Source: Candidatus Limnocylindrales bacterium (GTDB lineage Bacteria > Moduliflexota > Moduliflexia > Moduliflexales > JAUQPW01). From it: a stretch of 64,000 bases of DNA. Below are positions 50,488 through 59,520 of this stretch, piece by piece. The stretch covers positions 310,001 through 374,000 of the forward strand of contig DATMBG010000051.1 in NCBI GenBank assembly GCA_035559535.1, read 5' to 3'. Within the stretch, counting starts at the first letter, position 1. Each line of letters starts with the position of its first letter. A program made the position numbers and the translations under genes. The notes beneath the pieces are model-generated. The model was not told where the DNA came from, searched no databases, and saw only the letters and a program-made list of their open reading frames with translations.

Positions 50488-50640
50488 GTTTTCAACAAAA
50501 ATTTATCATTTTTTTTCTTGACCAAATTCTTAACGTGTGTTAATTCCTTTTTCATTCCTAAAAGAAAGGAGGTGATATGGGAATTCTTTGAGTTCCAGGA
50601 AGAGCTTCTTTAAATTCTAGAATTCAAAAGAGCAAAGATT

Positions 50641-51066
50641 ATGAGTCCGATCATGAGTATCTATACAGCGCTTATTAGGTATCAATCGGTTTGTATCTTT
50701 CAGTTAGTTCCTATTTGCTACTTCACATGGATCTTTAGTCGGCTGATCTACTACAAGTTGAAATACCATAAAAAGATCTCTTTAAAGGATGCCCTTACCT
50801 TCTTTACCCTGGTTGCGCTGGCTCTGGATTATGGACACTACCTCTATTTCTTTGTAACCAAGACAGGCCAATTTCTGTCCTTTCCTGGATTTCTCATTAA
50901 GTATAGCTTAGGAACCATTCTGTGGATCTGGATGTTTGTTTATCACTATGAGGTCTGTGTCCGAAAGAATTTACTGCGAAAGTACTCTTCGCGAGATAGG
51001 AAAAAAGCAATCTTTGCTTATGTTTTATGCATGATTCTTATCCTCTTTCTCATCGGCGTATTGTAG
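50641..51066 (+). CDS. Hypothetical membrane protein (about 4 TM, basic loops)
   Basis: 141-aa ORF with four hydrophobic segments separated by K/R-rich loops. Confidence 0.7.
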   Translation: MSPIMSIYTALIRYQSVCIFQLVPICYFTWIFSRLIYYKLKYHKKISLKDALTFFTLVALALDYGHYLYFFVTKTGQFLSFPGFLIKYSLGTILWIWMFVYHYEVCVRKNLLRKYSSRDRKKAIFAYVLCMILILFLIGVL

Positions 51067-51172
51067 TCTGAAAATCCAATGTCGGCAGGCAGTAGAGATA
51101 AGAATCTTACTTCATACGGAGCTTATTTCTAACTCCGAGGATCGAATCGATTAGCTTGAGTTTTTTACCCCA

Positions 51173-51202
51173 ACCCTTAGTTTTACTAAGGGTCCTTTTT
51201 TT
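51173..51202 (+). terminator. Probable intrinsic terminator
   Basis: ACCCTTAGT-TTT-ACTAAGGGT followed by CC and T7. Confidence 0.6.
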
Positions 51203-51256
51203 ACCCTTGTAATTAACTTTTGTTAGTTAATTGGCGGGGTTTGAAAGAAAAAAGTC

Positions 51257-51276
51257 TTCCTAACATATGTTAGGAA
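51257..51276. promoter_or_regulatory. Perfect 20-bp palindrome (operator candidate)
   Basis: TTCCTAACAT|ATGTTAGGAA. Confidence 0.75.
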
Positions 51277-51305
51277 AGGAACCCTGATAAGGAGGAAAAC
51301 AAAAA

Positions 51306-51383
51306 ATGAGAACTACATACTTACTCTTGCTGATATGTCTCATCTTGATTTTATCCGGTTGCACCCCTTATGTCCCTTGGTAA
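51306..51383 (+). CDS. 25-aa micro-lipoprotein MRTTYLLLLICLILILSGCTPYVPW
   Basis: Too short for the ORF track; SD AAGGAGG at 51289-51295; basic N-terminus, hydrophobic core, LSGC lipobox. Confidence 0.72.
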   Translation: MRTTYLLLLICLILILSGCTPYVPW

Positions 51384-51873
51384 AGAGCTTTCTAATAAAA
51401 AGAATACCCATTCTAGAATGGAAGATCGAAGGAAAATTTTTAAGATTCTACCCTTCGATCTCCCTTCTGGATACACGGTAACATAAGCAAGGAGCCTTTC
51501 AAATCCTTACCTCAAGTATTGAACCAACTCTACAATTTTACAAGCCGCAACGATAGCAACCATGAGATAAAAAATCGTTTTGTCCATGCGAATAAGGTTT
51601 CACAGGTTCTTCAACATAACCGATCGTTAGAAGAACCCTTAAATGTTCTATAGACCTGGTAAAAAGAGCCTACCCACAACTTCCAATTCATTAGACCCAA
51701 AGAGGAAAGAAGGGGTTTAATCTCAGGCAGGAAAATTTTAAAAGTCAGAAAACCTGCAGAGGGCGGAGAACCAATCAACCAATCTCTGTATGAGAGGGTT
51801 TGTAGCGTTGGGAATTGTGAAAGGTTACTTAAAAACAGCACCTTCCTCACAATTCTCAACGGATAAGGATACC

Positions 51874-52536
51874 TTACCAGACTATTTTTTCAGGACTCCC
51901 CTTATACTTAGATCGAATATAGGCAATAACTTTCCAGACCTCATCACTTTTTAGCGAATCCCAGAATCCGGACATTTTCGTACCTTTCCGACCTACCACA
52001 ATCGTTCTGTAAACAACCTTATCTGTTCCACCGAATATCCAGTAGTCATCGGTCAGATCCGGACACGTACCGCCCTCGGCGTTTCCTCCATGACAGTGAG
52101 CACAAAGGCGCAGGAAAATTTCTTGCCCCTCGGCAATAGCTTGGGGGTTTCCCGTATAGGGATTTTTGGTATCCTGGGACGTAGCTGTAGCTTCCTTAGA
52201 AGGTTCTTTTAAGTGAGATAAAAACGTCACAAGCTGGTTCAATTGGTCCTCAGTGAAGAGTTCTTTAAAATTTTTTGGCATGATATCCGGCTTATATCCC
52301 TCGGTAACGACTGCATTGGGATCTAAGATAGATTGTCGTATAAATTCCGCATCCCGTCTGGCCCCCACACTGGAAAGATCAGGACCGACATCACCGCCAG
52401 TTCCATTAATTCTATGGCAGGTTTGGCAGGTATCCATGAATAACTGTTTACCGGGATCCTCATCGGCAGCCGGGGATCTTTCTGCAGCCAGAATCAGGAC
52501 CGTGAGAAGACCTGCATAGATGAGTTTTTTTCCCAT
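51874..52536 (-). CDS. Diheme cytochrome c with C-terminal cytochrome cL (MxaG/XoxG)-like domain
   Basis: Signal peptide; CQTCH and CAHCH; NPYTGN..AI.EG..IF...C..CHG. Confidence 0.88.
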   Translation of the reverse strand: MGKKLIYAGLLTVLILAAERSPAADEDPGKQLFMDTCQTCHRINGTGGDVGPDLSSVGARRDAEFIRQSILDPNAVVTEGYKPDIMPKNFKELFTEDQLNQLVTFLSHLKEPSKEATATSQDTKNPYTGNPQAIAEGQEIFLRLCAHCHGGNAEGGTCPDLTDDYWIFGGTDKVVYRTIVVGRKGTKMSGFWDSLKSDEVWKVIAYIRSKYKGSPEKIVW

Positions 52537-52603
52537 AAAACGTAAAACGTAAAACGTAAAACGTAGGATTGAAAATGGTCCCTTCCCTACGTTTACGTTT
52601 TAC
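52537..52603. repeat. Heptamer (AAAACGT)4 tandem repeat with inverted partner
   Basis: 52537-52564, and CCTACGTTTACGTTTTAC at 52586-52603. Confidence 0.85.
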
Positions 52604-52680
52604 CCCTTAGTACGTAGATAGTAAGCAATTGGAAACGATAGGAAGATGGATTTTACCCCTTACCTTTTCCCAAAGGCCGA

Positions 52681-54387
52681 CTACTCCTCAAAGAGGCCGA
52701 ACACGAAGAGGGCGCCTCCCTTCGTAGCTGTTTTTAACCAGGGTGCACCCCCCTGCCCCAGGGTAGCCCAGCCCATCCAACCCCCGAGACCTGAAGGGAC
52801 TGCGATATACTGTTTCCCGTCCACGGAGAAGGTCGTGGGATTACCGACAATTCCGGAACCTGTTTGGAATTTCCACAAGAGCTCTCCCGTCTCATCATTA
52901 AATGCCATAAATTCACCCTCTGGATTTCCGGCGAAGACCAGACCGCCATCCGTTGAAAGAACCCCACTGGTCATGGGAGATTTATTATTCCAGGACCATT
53001 TGGTTTTCCCGGTGGCCGCTTCAATGGCTACCAGAGAGCCATACCCGGGATGATATTCCAGCACCTTTGCCGCCAAATACAATTCCCCTCTTTTCCATTC
53101 CTGTCTCATGGCTTGAAGATCCATGGTGAGCTGAAAAGTAGGTACGTAAGCCACCCCTTTCTTTGGATTATAGGCCATGGGGTGCCATTCTTTACCCCCT
53201 TCCAGAGAGGGAGAGATGTTCCTGGTGACTTTATCAAAATGAACATCCTTTTCGGGCCAGTTCATAATGGGACGACCACTGGGATCTAAACCCTTCGCCC
53301 AGTTTATTTCGGAAAGAGGTACGCCATAGATGAACTTCCCATTGGTTCGGTCGATAGAATAGAAGTAACCATTTCGATCTGCATGCAACCAAACTTTTTT
53401 CCCTCCTACATCGGCCAGAATGACTTCATTAACCCCATCGAAATCATAGGGATCGTTGGGGGTATACTGAAAATAAAATTTTATTTTTCCGGTATCCGGA
53501 TCCAAAGCCAAAGTCGAATTGGTGTAGAGGTTGTCCCCTTCACGAATATGTCGATCCATATCGGGTCCCGGATTCCCCACAGGCCAGTAGAGAATATTCA
53601 AATCGGGATCATAGGATCCTGTAATCCAGGCAGAGCCACCTCCGTATTTCCAGGATTCTCCCTTCCAGGTATCGTTGCCCGGCTCGCCGGGTCCTGGAAT
53701 AGTATAAGTCTTCCATACTAACTCCCCGGTGTCGGCATCAACGGCAGCAATCCACCCTCGAATTCCATATTCCGCCCCAGAGGTTCCCACGATAATTTTT
53801 CCCCTTAAAGCCATGGGCATTAAGGTAAAGCTTTCTCCATAGGTATAATCTCCCAGGACTTTGTCCCATACCACCTTGCCCGTCTTGGCATCCAGAGCCA
53901 CCAGATGCTCGTCCAGGGTGGCAAAATAGACTTTATCCCGGTAAGGAGCTACCCCCCGGTTGACCACATCACAGCAAAGGTGCTTGCCCAGATCTTCGGG
54001 TAAAGGGTGATCGTATCGCCAAATCATATTTCCGGTCCTGGCATCCAGGGCAAACACATGGTTCCAGGAAGAAGTAATGTAGAGAACTCCATTATTAACA
54101 ATGGCTTCACTGTCCTGCCCATCCAGGTAACCGAATTGAAAAACCCATTTGGGAACCAGTTTTTTAACATTGTTGATATTGATTTGATTAAGTGGACTAT
54201 GCCGGGTACTGGCATAATCACGACCATACAAAAGCCAATTGTTAGGATCTTTGTCTGCATTGAGCAACATGCGATCATTAACCACATTCTGACCATAGCC
54301 TGGAACAGCGACACAGAAAATCAGGAGACCGATAACTCCCAAACTACCTGCCAAGAGGCCTAAGACACTCTTTTTCAATCCTATCAT
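52681..54387 (-). CDS. PQQ-dependent alcohol dehydrogenase, methanol/ethanol family, predicted lanthanide-dependent
   Basis: Signal peptide; CCDVVNRG, GAEYG, GNPGP, YDFDGVNE. Confidence 0.93.
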   Translation of the reverse strand: MIGLKKSVLGLLAGSLGVIGLLIFCVAVPGYGQNVVNDRMLLNADKDPNNWLLYGRDYASTRHSPLNQININNVKKLVPKWVFQFGYLDGQDSEAIVNNGVLYITSSWNHVFALDARTGNMIWRYDHPLPEDLGKHLCCDVVNRGVAPYRDKVYFATLDEHLVALDAKTGKVVWDKVLGDYTYGESFTLMPMALRGKIIVGTSGAEYGIRGWIAAVDADTGELVWKTYTIPGPGEPGNDTWKGESWKYGGGSAWITGSYDPDLNILYWPVGNPGPDMDRHIREGDNLYTNSTLALDPDTGKIKFYFQYTPNDPYDFDGVNEVILADVGGKKVWLHADRNGYFYSIDRTNGKFIYGVPLSEINWAKGLDPSGRPIMNWPEKDVHFDKVTRNISPSLEGGKEWHPMAYNPKKGVAYVPTFQLTMDLQAMRQEWKRGELYLAAKVLEYHPGYGSLVAIEAATGKTKWSWNNKSPMTSGVLSTDGGLVFAGNPEGEFMAFNDETGELLWKFQTGSGIVGNPTTFSVDGKQYIAVPSGLGGWMGWATLGQGGAPWLKTATKGGALFVFGLFEE

Positions 54388-54439
54388 ACCTGAGATCCTT
54401 TCCTTGATTTACTGTAGATGGCAAGACGCTATACCGATT

Positions 54440-54455
54440 TGCAATTGAACGACCA
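54440..54455 (-). promoter_or_regulatory. Putative sigma-54 promoter of the PQQ dehydrogenase
   Basis: Minus strand TGGTCG-TTCAA-TTGCA, 53 nt upstream of the ATG. Confidence 0.55.
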
Positions 54456-55133
54456 TCAGGCCGTTGAGGTGAGGCAATCTCTCTATCGGGGGATTGCTTT
54501 ATCCTCTTTGCTTCACGCCGGGTTTCGGCTTACCTGGCTCCTCGCAAGGACCAATGGCCTTATAAAACGCAAACCGGCATAAAGAGATCGCAGGACCATC
54601 CACACTATAAAGTTGGTATCTGAAACACGATCTGGAAGGCCGGCCATCTAGAGAGATAAAAATCTCCCTTAACCTTCTTTCTGAAAGGAGGGATATCAAG
54701 GCTTCCTTCTTATTCAGGGATCTAATTCCCAGGCTACAACCCTGAACCTTCTCCCTCAGAAGGAAAACCGACAGAACAGATTTTCTGATTCCCTTCTTTT
54801 TAAAGAAAAGAGGGTTGGGGGATTTTGCTTTAACCTTCTTAATCGTGTATAGAACGGGAATCCAGACAGTTTTTATCGTCCACTTAGATCGTATATAAAA
54901 TCGAAGATAGATTGTCAAGCTAATTAACGAGGTAGTTTAAGAAAGGAAGACCTGGCGTGGGAGAGCGTTTTATCCTGACCATCTTTTCTACCCCTCTGAG
55001 CGATAGCAAAGATTCTACTTTTACGAAGGCACAATCTTTTGCTAGCGCTCAGGGTTATCAGGATAATAAATACTAAGAAGTTATGAGATCTCTTCTATCG
55101 GTAATACCTATCCATTCATAGCTAAAAGCAGAT

Positions 55134-55664
55134 TTATCTCCTCTCTTCAAGGATTTTCTTTAAGTTTTGTAAACCCGTAGTATAGACATTCTTTACGAAC
55201 TTTAAGGACTCCTTGGCACTCATTCCAGGAGGCGGGTTAAAGACCCCTCTCCATTCCACGATGGAACCTCCTCCTCTACCGGGTCTGACGTGGAGAGTGG
55301 CCGTGTAATTGGCTACCGGCACATCCCTGTAGTCGGCCTTCTCTATACTGTAGGTATAGCTCATATTGTTTTCGTCGTAACTTATCTGCTTTTCTATGAT
55401 TTGACCTCCGCTCTGCAAGGTCAGAATCCGAATAGATTTGTTAGCCTCGTCCAATCGGCTATTTTTAAAAGCCGGATGCCACCCAGGCAAGCCGTTAAAA
55501 TCCTTGATTTTGTCCCATACTACAGCCGGTGGGGCATTAACTTCTACCGTTTCCACCACTTCAAGCTGTTTTAACCCCCGCTTTCGCTCTTTCTTTTCTC
55601 GTGCAAAGCCCAGGGTTGGAAAAGCAATCAAAATGGCCAATACCAGATATAAAATTTTTTTCAT
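55134..55664 (-). CDS. Periplasmic SRPBCC-family protein (MxaD-like)
   Basis: Signal peptide; VNAPPAVVWDKIKDF..L..WHP, PVANY.AT, VY..GL.NLK; SD AAGGAGG. Confidence 0.85.
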   Translation of the reverse strand: MKKILYLVLAILIAFPTLGFAREKKERKRGLKQLEVVETVEVNAPPAVVWDKIKDFNGLPGWHPAFKNSRLDEANKSIRILTLQSGGQIIEKQISYDENNMSYTYSIEKADYRDVPVANYTATLHVRPGRGGGSIVEWRGVFNPPPGMSAKESLKFVKNVYTTGLQNLKKILEERR

Positions 55665-56199
55665 CGATATCCTCCTTTTAAATGATAAAGTGAATAATTC
55701 CGATCCTTAGGTAGGTAGACACCCTGTATCCTGAATGAAGAAAAACAGCTAAAACAAGTTTTTTATCCTCTCTCACCTCCTTTCCTCAACGATTTTTTTA
55801 ATGGTAGGGGATGAAAACTGAAATGTCGGAAGAAAAAACCTTATCTTCATCAAATCAACCCTCTACCATGGAGATACCTTCTACTGTAAAGGTAGATGTA
55901 AATACCTTTAAAAAGTTTCTAACTTCTTCAAATCCTGAAAGGTTCAATTCCTCCTGACCATCCAGAGGAAAAGCATGTGGGTTGAGATTAATTTTCTCTA
56001 TTTTTTAGCTATTTTTTATCCAAATTTCAATTTCTAAAACCCTCTCTACAAGTATAAAACATGAGAAAATTTGTCAAGGTAATTGTAAGTTTTTCCTTCA
56101 GGTAGGGAAATTATTTAAAAATATCTATTGGTATTTTCCGCGGTGAAGCCCTAAATATAAGTAGACTCAAAAATATGCTCAAAAGGAGGTTTCGAGTTC

Positions 56200-56454
56200 A
56201 TGAAAGAAGTGGTTATTTACACCAAATCCTACTGCCCCTACTGCACGAAAGCAAAGGCTTTGCTTACAAGTAAAGGTATTCCTTTCAAGGAAATCGATGT
56301 TGAATACGATGACCAGGCTCGAGAGGAAATGATTCGCATATCCAGGCGCCAAACGGTCCCTCAGATCTTCGTTGGAACGTATCATGTGGGGGGCTATGAT
56401 GACCTGTACAGGCTGAATGAGCGAGGTGAATTAGATAAGCTCTTATTCTCTTAG
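56200..56454 (+). CDS. grxC: Glutaredoxin 3
   Basis: CPYC, TVPQIF, GGYDDL; SD AAGGAGG. Confidence 0.95.
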   Translation: MKEVVIYTKSYCPYCTKAKALLTSKGIPFKEIDVEYDDQAREEMIRISRRQTVPQIFVGTYHVGGYDDLYRLNERGELDKLLFS

Positions 56455-56456
56455 AG

Positions 56457-56516
56457 AAAACGTAAAGCGTAAAGGGTGAAAAGCCATTGGCTTCACGTTT
56501 TATGTTTTACGTTTTG
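56457..56516. repeat. Degenerate AAAACGT heptamer hairpin
   Basis: AAAACGTAAAGCGTAAAGGGTGAA...TTCACGTTTTATGTTTTACGTTTT. Confidence 0.75.
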
Positions 56517-56527
56517 GGTTTTAGACT

Positions 56528-57268
56528 ATGGAAATCACAACCGAGCGTGTAACCATGCAGGTGGACGGGTCTCCCATGGGTGGATTTCTCGCCCGTCCAA
56601 CCACCGGGGGACCTTACCCGGGTATTCTGGTATTTATGGAAATTTTCGGAGTTAATTCCCACATCCGAGATGTAACCCAACGGGTCGCCCGAGAAGGATA
56701 TGTAGCCCTGGCTATCGATTATTACCATCGTACCGCTCCGGGTATGGAGTTGGGTTACACCCAGGAAGATATTGAAAAAGGGTTTGCCCAGGCTAAGCAG
56801 ACAACGACCGAGGGATTACTCGCAGATATTAAAGCAGGTATTGATTACTTGAAATCTCGAAAAGACGTTCGAGGAGATCGTATCGGTTGTATAGGATTCT
56901 GTTTTGGGGGATATGTAGCCTATCTGGCTGCTACACTGCCAGATATTAAGGCAACGGCTTCTTTTTATGGAGGCGGTATTGCTGCCCCGCCAACCCCCGG
57001 TGGGAGACCCCCCATTGTAGACCGAACGAAAGATATTAAGGGGTTTATTCTCTGTTTGTTTGGAACTCAAGATACCAGCATCCCCCTGGATCAAGTCGAT
57101 AAGATTGAAAATGAACTCAAGAAGCACAACATCCGCCATAAGGTTCTGCGTTATGATGCCGGGCATGGCTTTTTCTGTGATCAGCGAGCCAGCTATCATG
57201 CACCCTCTGCACAGGCTGCCTGGGAAGAAGTAAAAGCCATGTTCGATAGGGAATTACGCAAATCTTAA
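56528..57268 (+). CDS. Dienelactone hydrolase family protein
   Basis: EIFGVN, GFCFGG, FG..D, AGHGFFCD. Confidence 0.93.
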   Translation: MEITTERVTMQVDGSPMGGFLARPTTGGPYPGILVFMEIFGVNSHIRDVTQRVAREGYVALAIDYYHRTAPGMELGYTQEDIEKGFAQAKQTTTEGLLADIKAGIDYLKSRKDVRGDRIGCIGFCFGGYVAYLAATLPDIKATASFYGGGIAAPPTPGGRPPIVDRTKDIKGFILCLFGTQDTSIPLDQVDKIENELKKHNIRHKVLRYDAGHGFFCDQRASYHAPSAQAAWEEVKAMFDRELRKS

Positions 57269-57289
57269 TATTAATTTAACCGTACTTAC

Positions 57290-57310
57290 GGGCGAATCTC
57301 GGATTCGCCC
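57290..57310. repeat. REP-like palindrome
   Basis: GGGCGAATC-TCG-GATTCGCCC. Confidence 0.6.
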
Positions 57311-57453
57311 TATCTGCTTATCATCCCACCCATTCGGGATTTGTAGCTCCCAGGATGGTTATTGTTTACTCAACCCAAGTAGTGGCTTAAACGTCCTTGT
57401 TTGAGGACCCCGAATCATGCCGGTAACAACAGGGGTCGCGTAAAGGGGTAGTT

Positions 57454-57891
57454 ATGAATTTCAAAGGAACAATCTGTGGATTAAGCCTTGTGCTCGGAAT
57501 TATAGCGGTGGGTTACGCCCAATCTCCCCATGCGGAAGAAGAAGAAGCGGTTATCCAGGTTGTTAAGTCTTACTATGAAAACTGGAAATTTAACCTTTGG
57601 AATGCTATGGTTGAGGTATTTGCCGATACTTCCGGCTCAAATAAGACGGACACCCTGGCTGCATATAGTAAAGAAAAAATCCAACTGGATAGTTATAAAC
57701 TCACCAGGATCAAATGGTATAACAATCCGCTTAGAGCAGGAGTTTCGGTTAAGTTAAAATTAAGGCAAAATTCCCTGGAAAAGGAAGTCTCTGACTCCAT
57801 CACCTTGATTAAAGTAGGCAGAGAATGGAAGTTTCAAGAGCAACCGACTTATAACCCCGGAACGAATCTGACACGCAAAAAACCTCGATGA
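57454..57891 (+). CDS. Secreted NTF2-like hypothetical protein
   Basis: Signal peptide; V..YY..W, C-terminal LIKVGREWKF. Confidence 0.7.
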   Translation: MNFKGTICGLSLVLGIIAVGYAQSPHAEEEEAVIQVVKSYYENWKFNLWNAMVEVFADTSGSNKTDTLAAYSKEKIQLDSYKLTRIKWYNNPLRAGVSVKLKLRQNSLEKEVSDSITLIKVGREWKFQEQPTYNPGTNLTRKKPR

Positions 57892-57943
57892 AGGATAAAC
57901 AACAGATCGTAGAAGCAGGCGCACCGGGTTATTTTTATTCTAT

Positions 57944-59047
57944 ATGAACAACGGGATTGATATTTTTCTTTCTCCGCAAAGATATATTCAAAGAAAAAAC
58001 CTTTTGGAAGAAGCCGGATCCTACCTTTCTCCCTTAGGAAAACGTCCATTCGTTGTAGGAGATGATATCGTTTTTTCAAAAATCCGTACCCCTCTAACCC
58101 GTAGTTGTCGAGAAGCAGGGCTGGATCCCCACTTTGAACGGTTTGGGGGAGAGTGTGACCAGGCAGAAGTTGATCGCCTCACTATCCTCCTCTCCAAGGG
58201 ACAATGGGATATCCTGGTGGGAACCGGGGGCGGTAAAAGCCTGGATACGTGTCGTTTGGTTCGGGCCAGCATCCAGCTCCCTTTCGTGACTATTCCCACC
58301 AGCTCCGCCACCTGCTCTGCAGCATCTGCTTCGGCAGTTCTCTATGAAAACCACATTCGCAAGCGTGTTCATAATGGAAATGGTGCCGACCTCACGCTGG
58401 TGGATCCCGAGATCATTGCAAAGGCTCCGCCTCGACTTTTCGCAGCCGGACTTGCAGATGCCCTTGCAAAATGGTACGAAGGACGGGTCGTTTTTGGAAA
58501 AATACAAAAGGATATCCCTTCCCGGATATCCCTGGAACTTTCCGAAAGGGCCAGGAATCTTATCCTGGATAAAGGGGTAGAATCCTTTCAGGATGTTAAA
58601 AAAGGCCTCTGTACTCCGGTTGTGGAGGAGATGATCGAAGTTACGATTCTTTTAACCGGTATCATTAGCGGTTTAGGGTCTAAAATGCGGGTGGCGGGAG
58701 CCCACGCTTTATACTATGGATTGGGGGTTTTAGAGGAAACCCGACAGGCCTTTCATGGAGAAATCGTAGGTTTGGGTATTCTGGTTCAACTCCTCCTGGA
58801 GAAACGGGAGCAGGAGGTAAAACCCCTGATGGAATTCTTCTCTCGCCTGGAGCTGCCTCTAACCCTCGGTCAAATCGGCTTAGGAAACGTCAGTCTGGAG
58901 CGTCTGAAATTGGGGTTGGAGGCTACCTGTAAAGAAGGAAGCAGTATCCACAACTTACCCTTCCCGGTTCATGTGAAGGACCTTCAAGAAGCTCTGTTAA
59001 CCCTGGATACCTGGGGAAAAGCTTTACTTGACTCTCCTTCCCCATAG
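57944..59047 (+). CDS. Glycerol dehydrogenase-like metal-dependent alcohol dehydrogenase
   Basis: P.RYIQ, GGGKSLD, PTSSATCSA, DALAKWYE, GAHA, HGEIV. Confidence 0.9.
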   Translation: MNNGIDIFLSPQRYIQRKNLLEEAGSYLSPLGKRPFVVGDDIVFSKIRTPLTRSCREAGLDPHFERFGGECDQAEVDRLTILLSKGQWDILVGTGGGKSLDTCRLVRASIQLPFVTIPTSSATCSAASASAVLYENHIRKRVHNGNGADLTLVDPEIIAKAPPRLFAAGLADALAKWYEGRVVFGKIQKDIPSRISLELSERARNLILDKGVESFQDVKKGLCTPVVEEMIEVTILLTGIISGLGSKMRVAGAHALYYGLGVLEETRQAFHGEIVGLGILVQLLLEKREQEVKPLMEFFSRLELPLTLGQIGLGNVSLERLKLGLEATCKEGSSIHNLPFPVHVKDLQEALLTLDTWGKALLDSPSP

Positions 59048-59224
59048 CACCAGGGTAAGGCTTAACCGGGAATGCGACCGTCTGCCTTACGCCCCCCCTT
59101 CCCCCTCCTCTCAAGGGTATTTTTTGGACCTAATCCCTCCGACTTCCCTTCCCTCACAGGGAAGGGGAGAGTGGGGACCTATTCCCGTATCGGAAAAGGT
59201 GAGGCACGGAAGCAATTTACTCTT

Positions 59225-59515
59225 CTAGGTTTCCCTGGAGGGCTCTGTTCCCTGGTCTGAATGCAGGACCTGCTCACGTATTCGACGTTTCATGGTTTCA
59301 CGGGCCTCCTCGGAAAGAGAAGGAAGAGGAAAAACTGGATCTTCTATTCTCTGGGAAAGGCTCCTTAAGGTTTCTCTTATAAATAAGAGTTGCCGCGCAT
59401 AGCGCTTACAGAAAATGCAGAGGCGAAAATGTGCATGGAGGGAGAGGCGTTGATAGAAAGGTAACTTCTTATCTAAAGACTCGGATATCAATCGGGTGAC
59501 TTCTTTACACGTCAT
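59225..59515 (-). CDS. zf-HC2 anti-sigma factor
   Basis: MTCKEVTRLISESLD..L...HFRLCIFC. Confidence 0.88.
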   Translation of the reverse strand: MTCKEVTRLISESLDKKLPFYQRLSLHAHFRLCIFCKRYARQLLFIRETLRSLSQRIEDPVFPLPSLSEEARETMKRRIREQVLHSDQGTEPSRET

Positions 59516-59520
59516 CAGCT

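Noticed and set aside
50577-50640. Selenocysteine read-through (TGA within a stem-loop)
   Set aside because: Read-through would give a short peptide out of frame with the downstream gene and with no redox motif
49541-51873. Prophage or genomic island integrated at tRNA-Glu
   Set aside because: The XRE module lies on the 5' side of the tRNA; no integrase and no duplicated tRNA 3' end (att) was seen in the window
54499-54918. 139-aa ORF or a pqqA precursor between the PQQ dehydrogenase and MxaD-like genes
   Set aside because: No SD or family motif, and no W..P...E...Y PqqA-like peptide could be found by eye; more likely regulatory DNA
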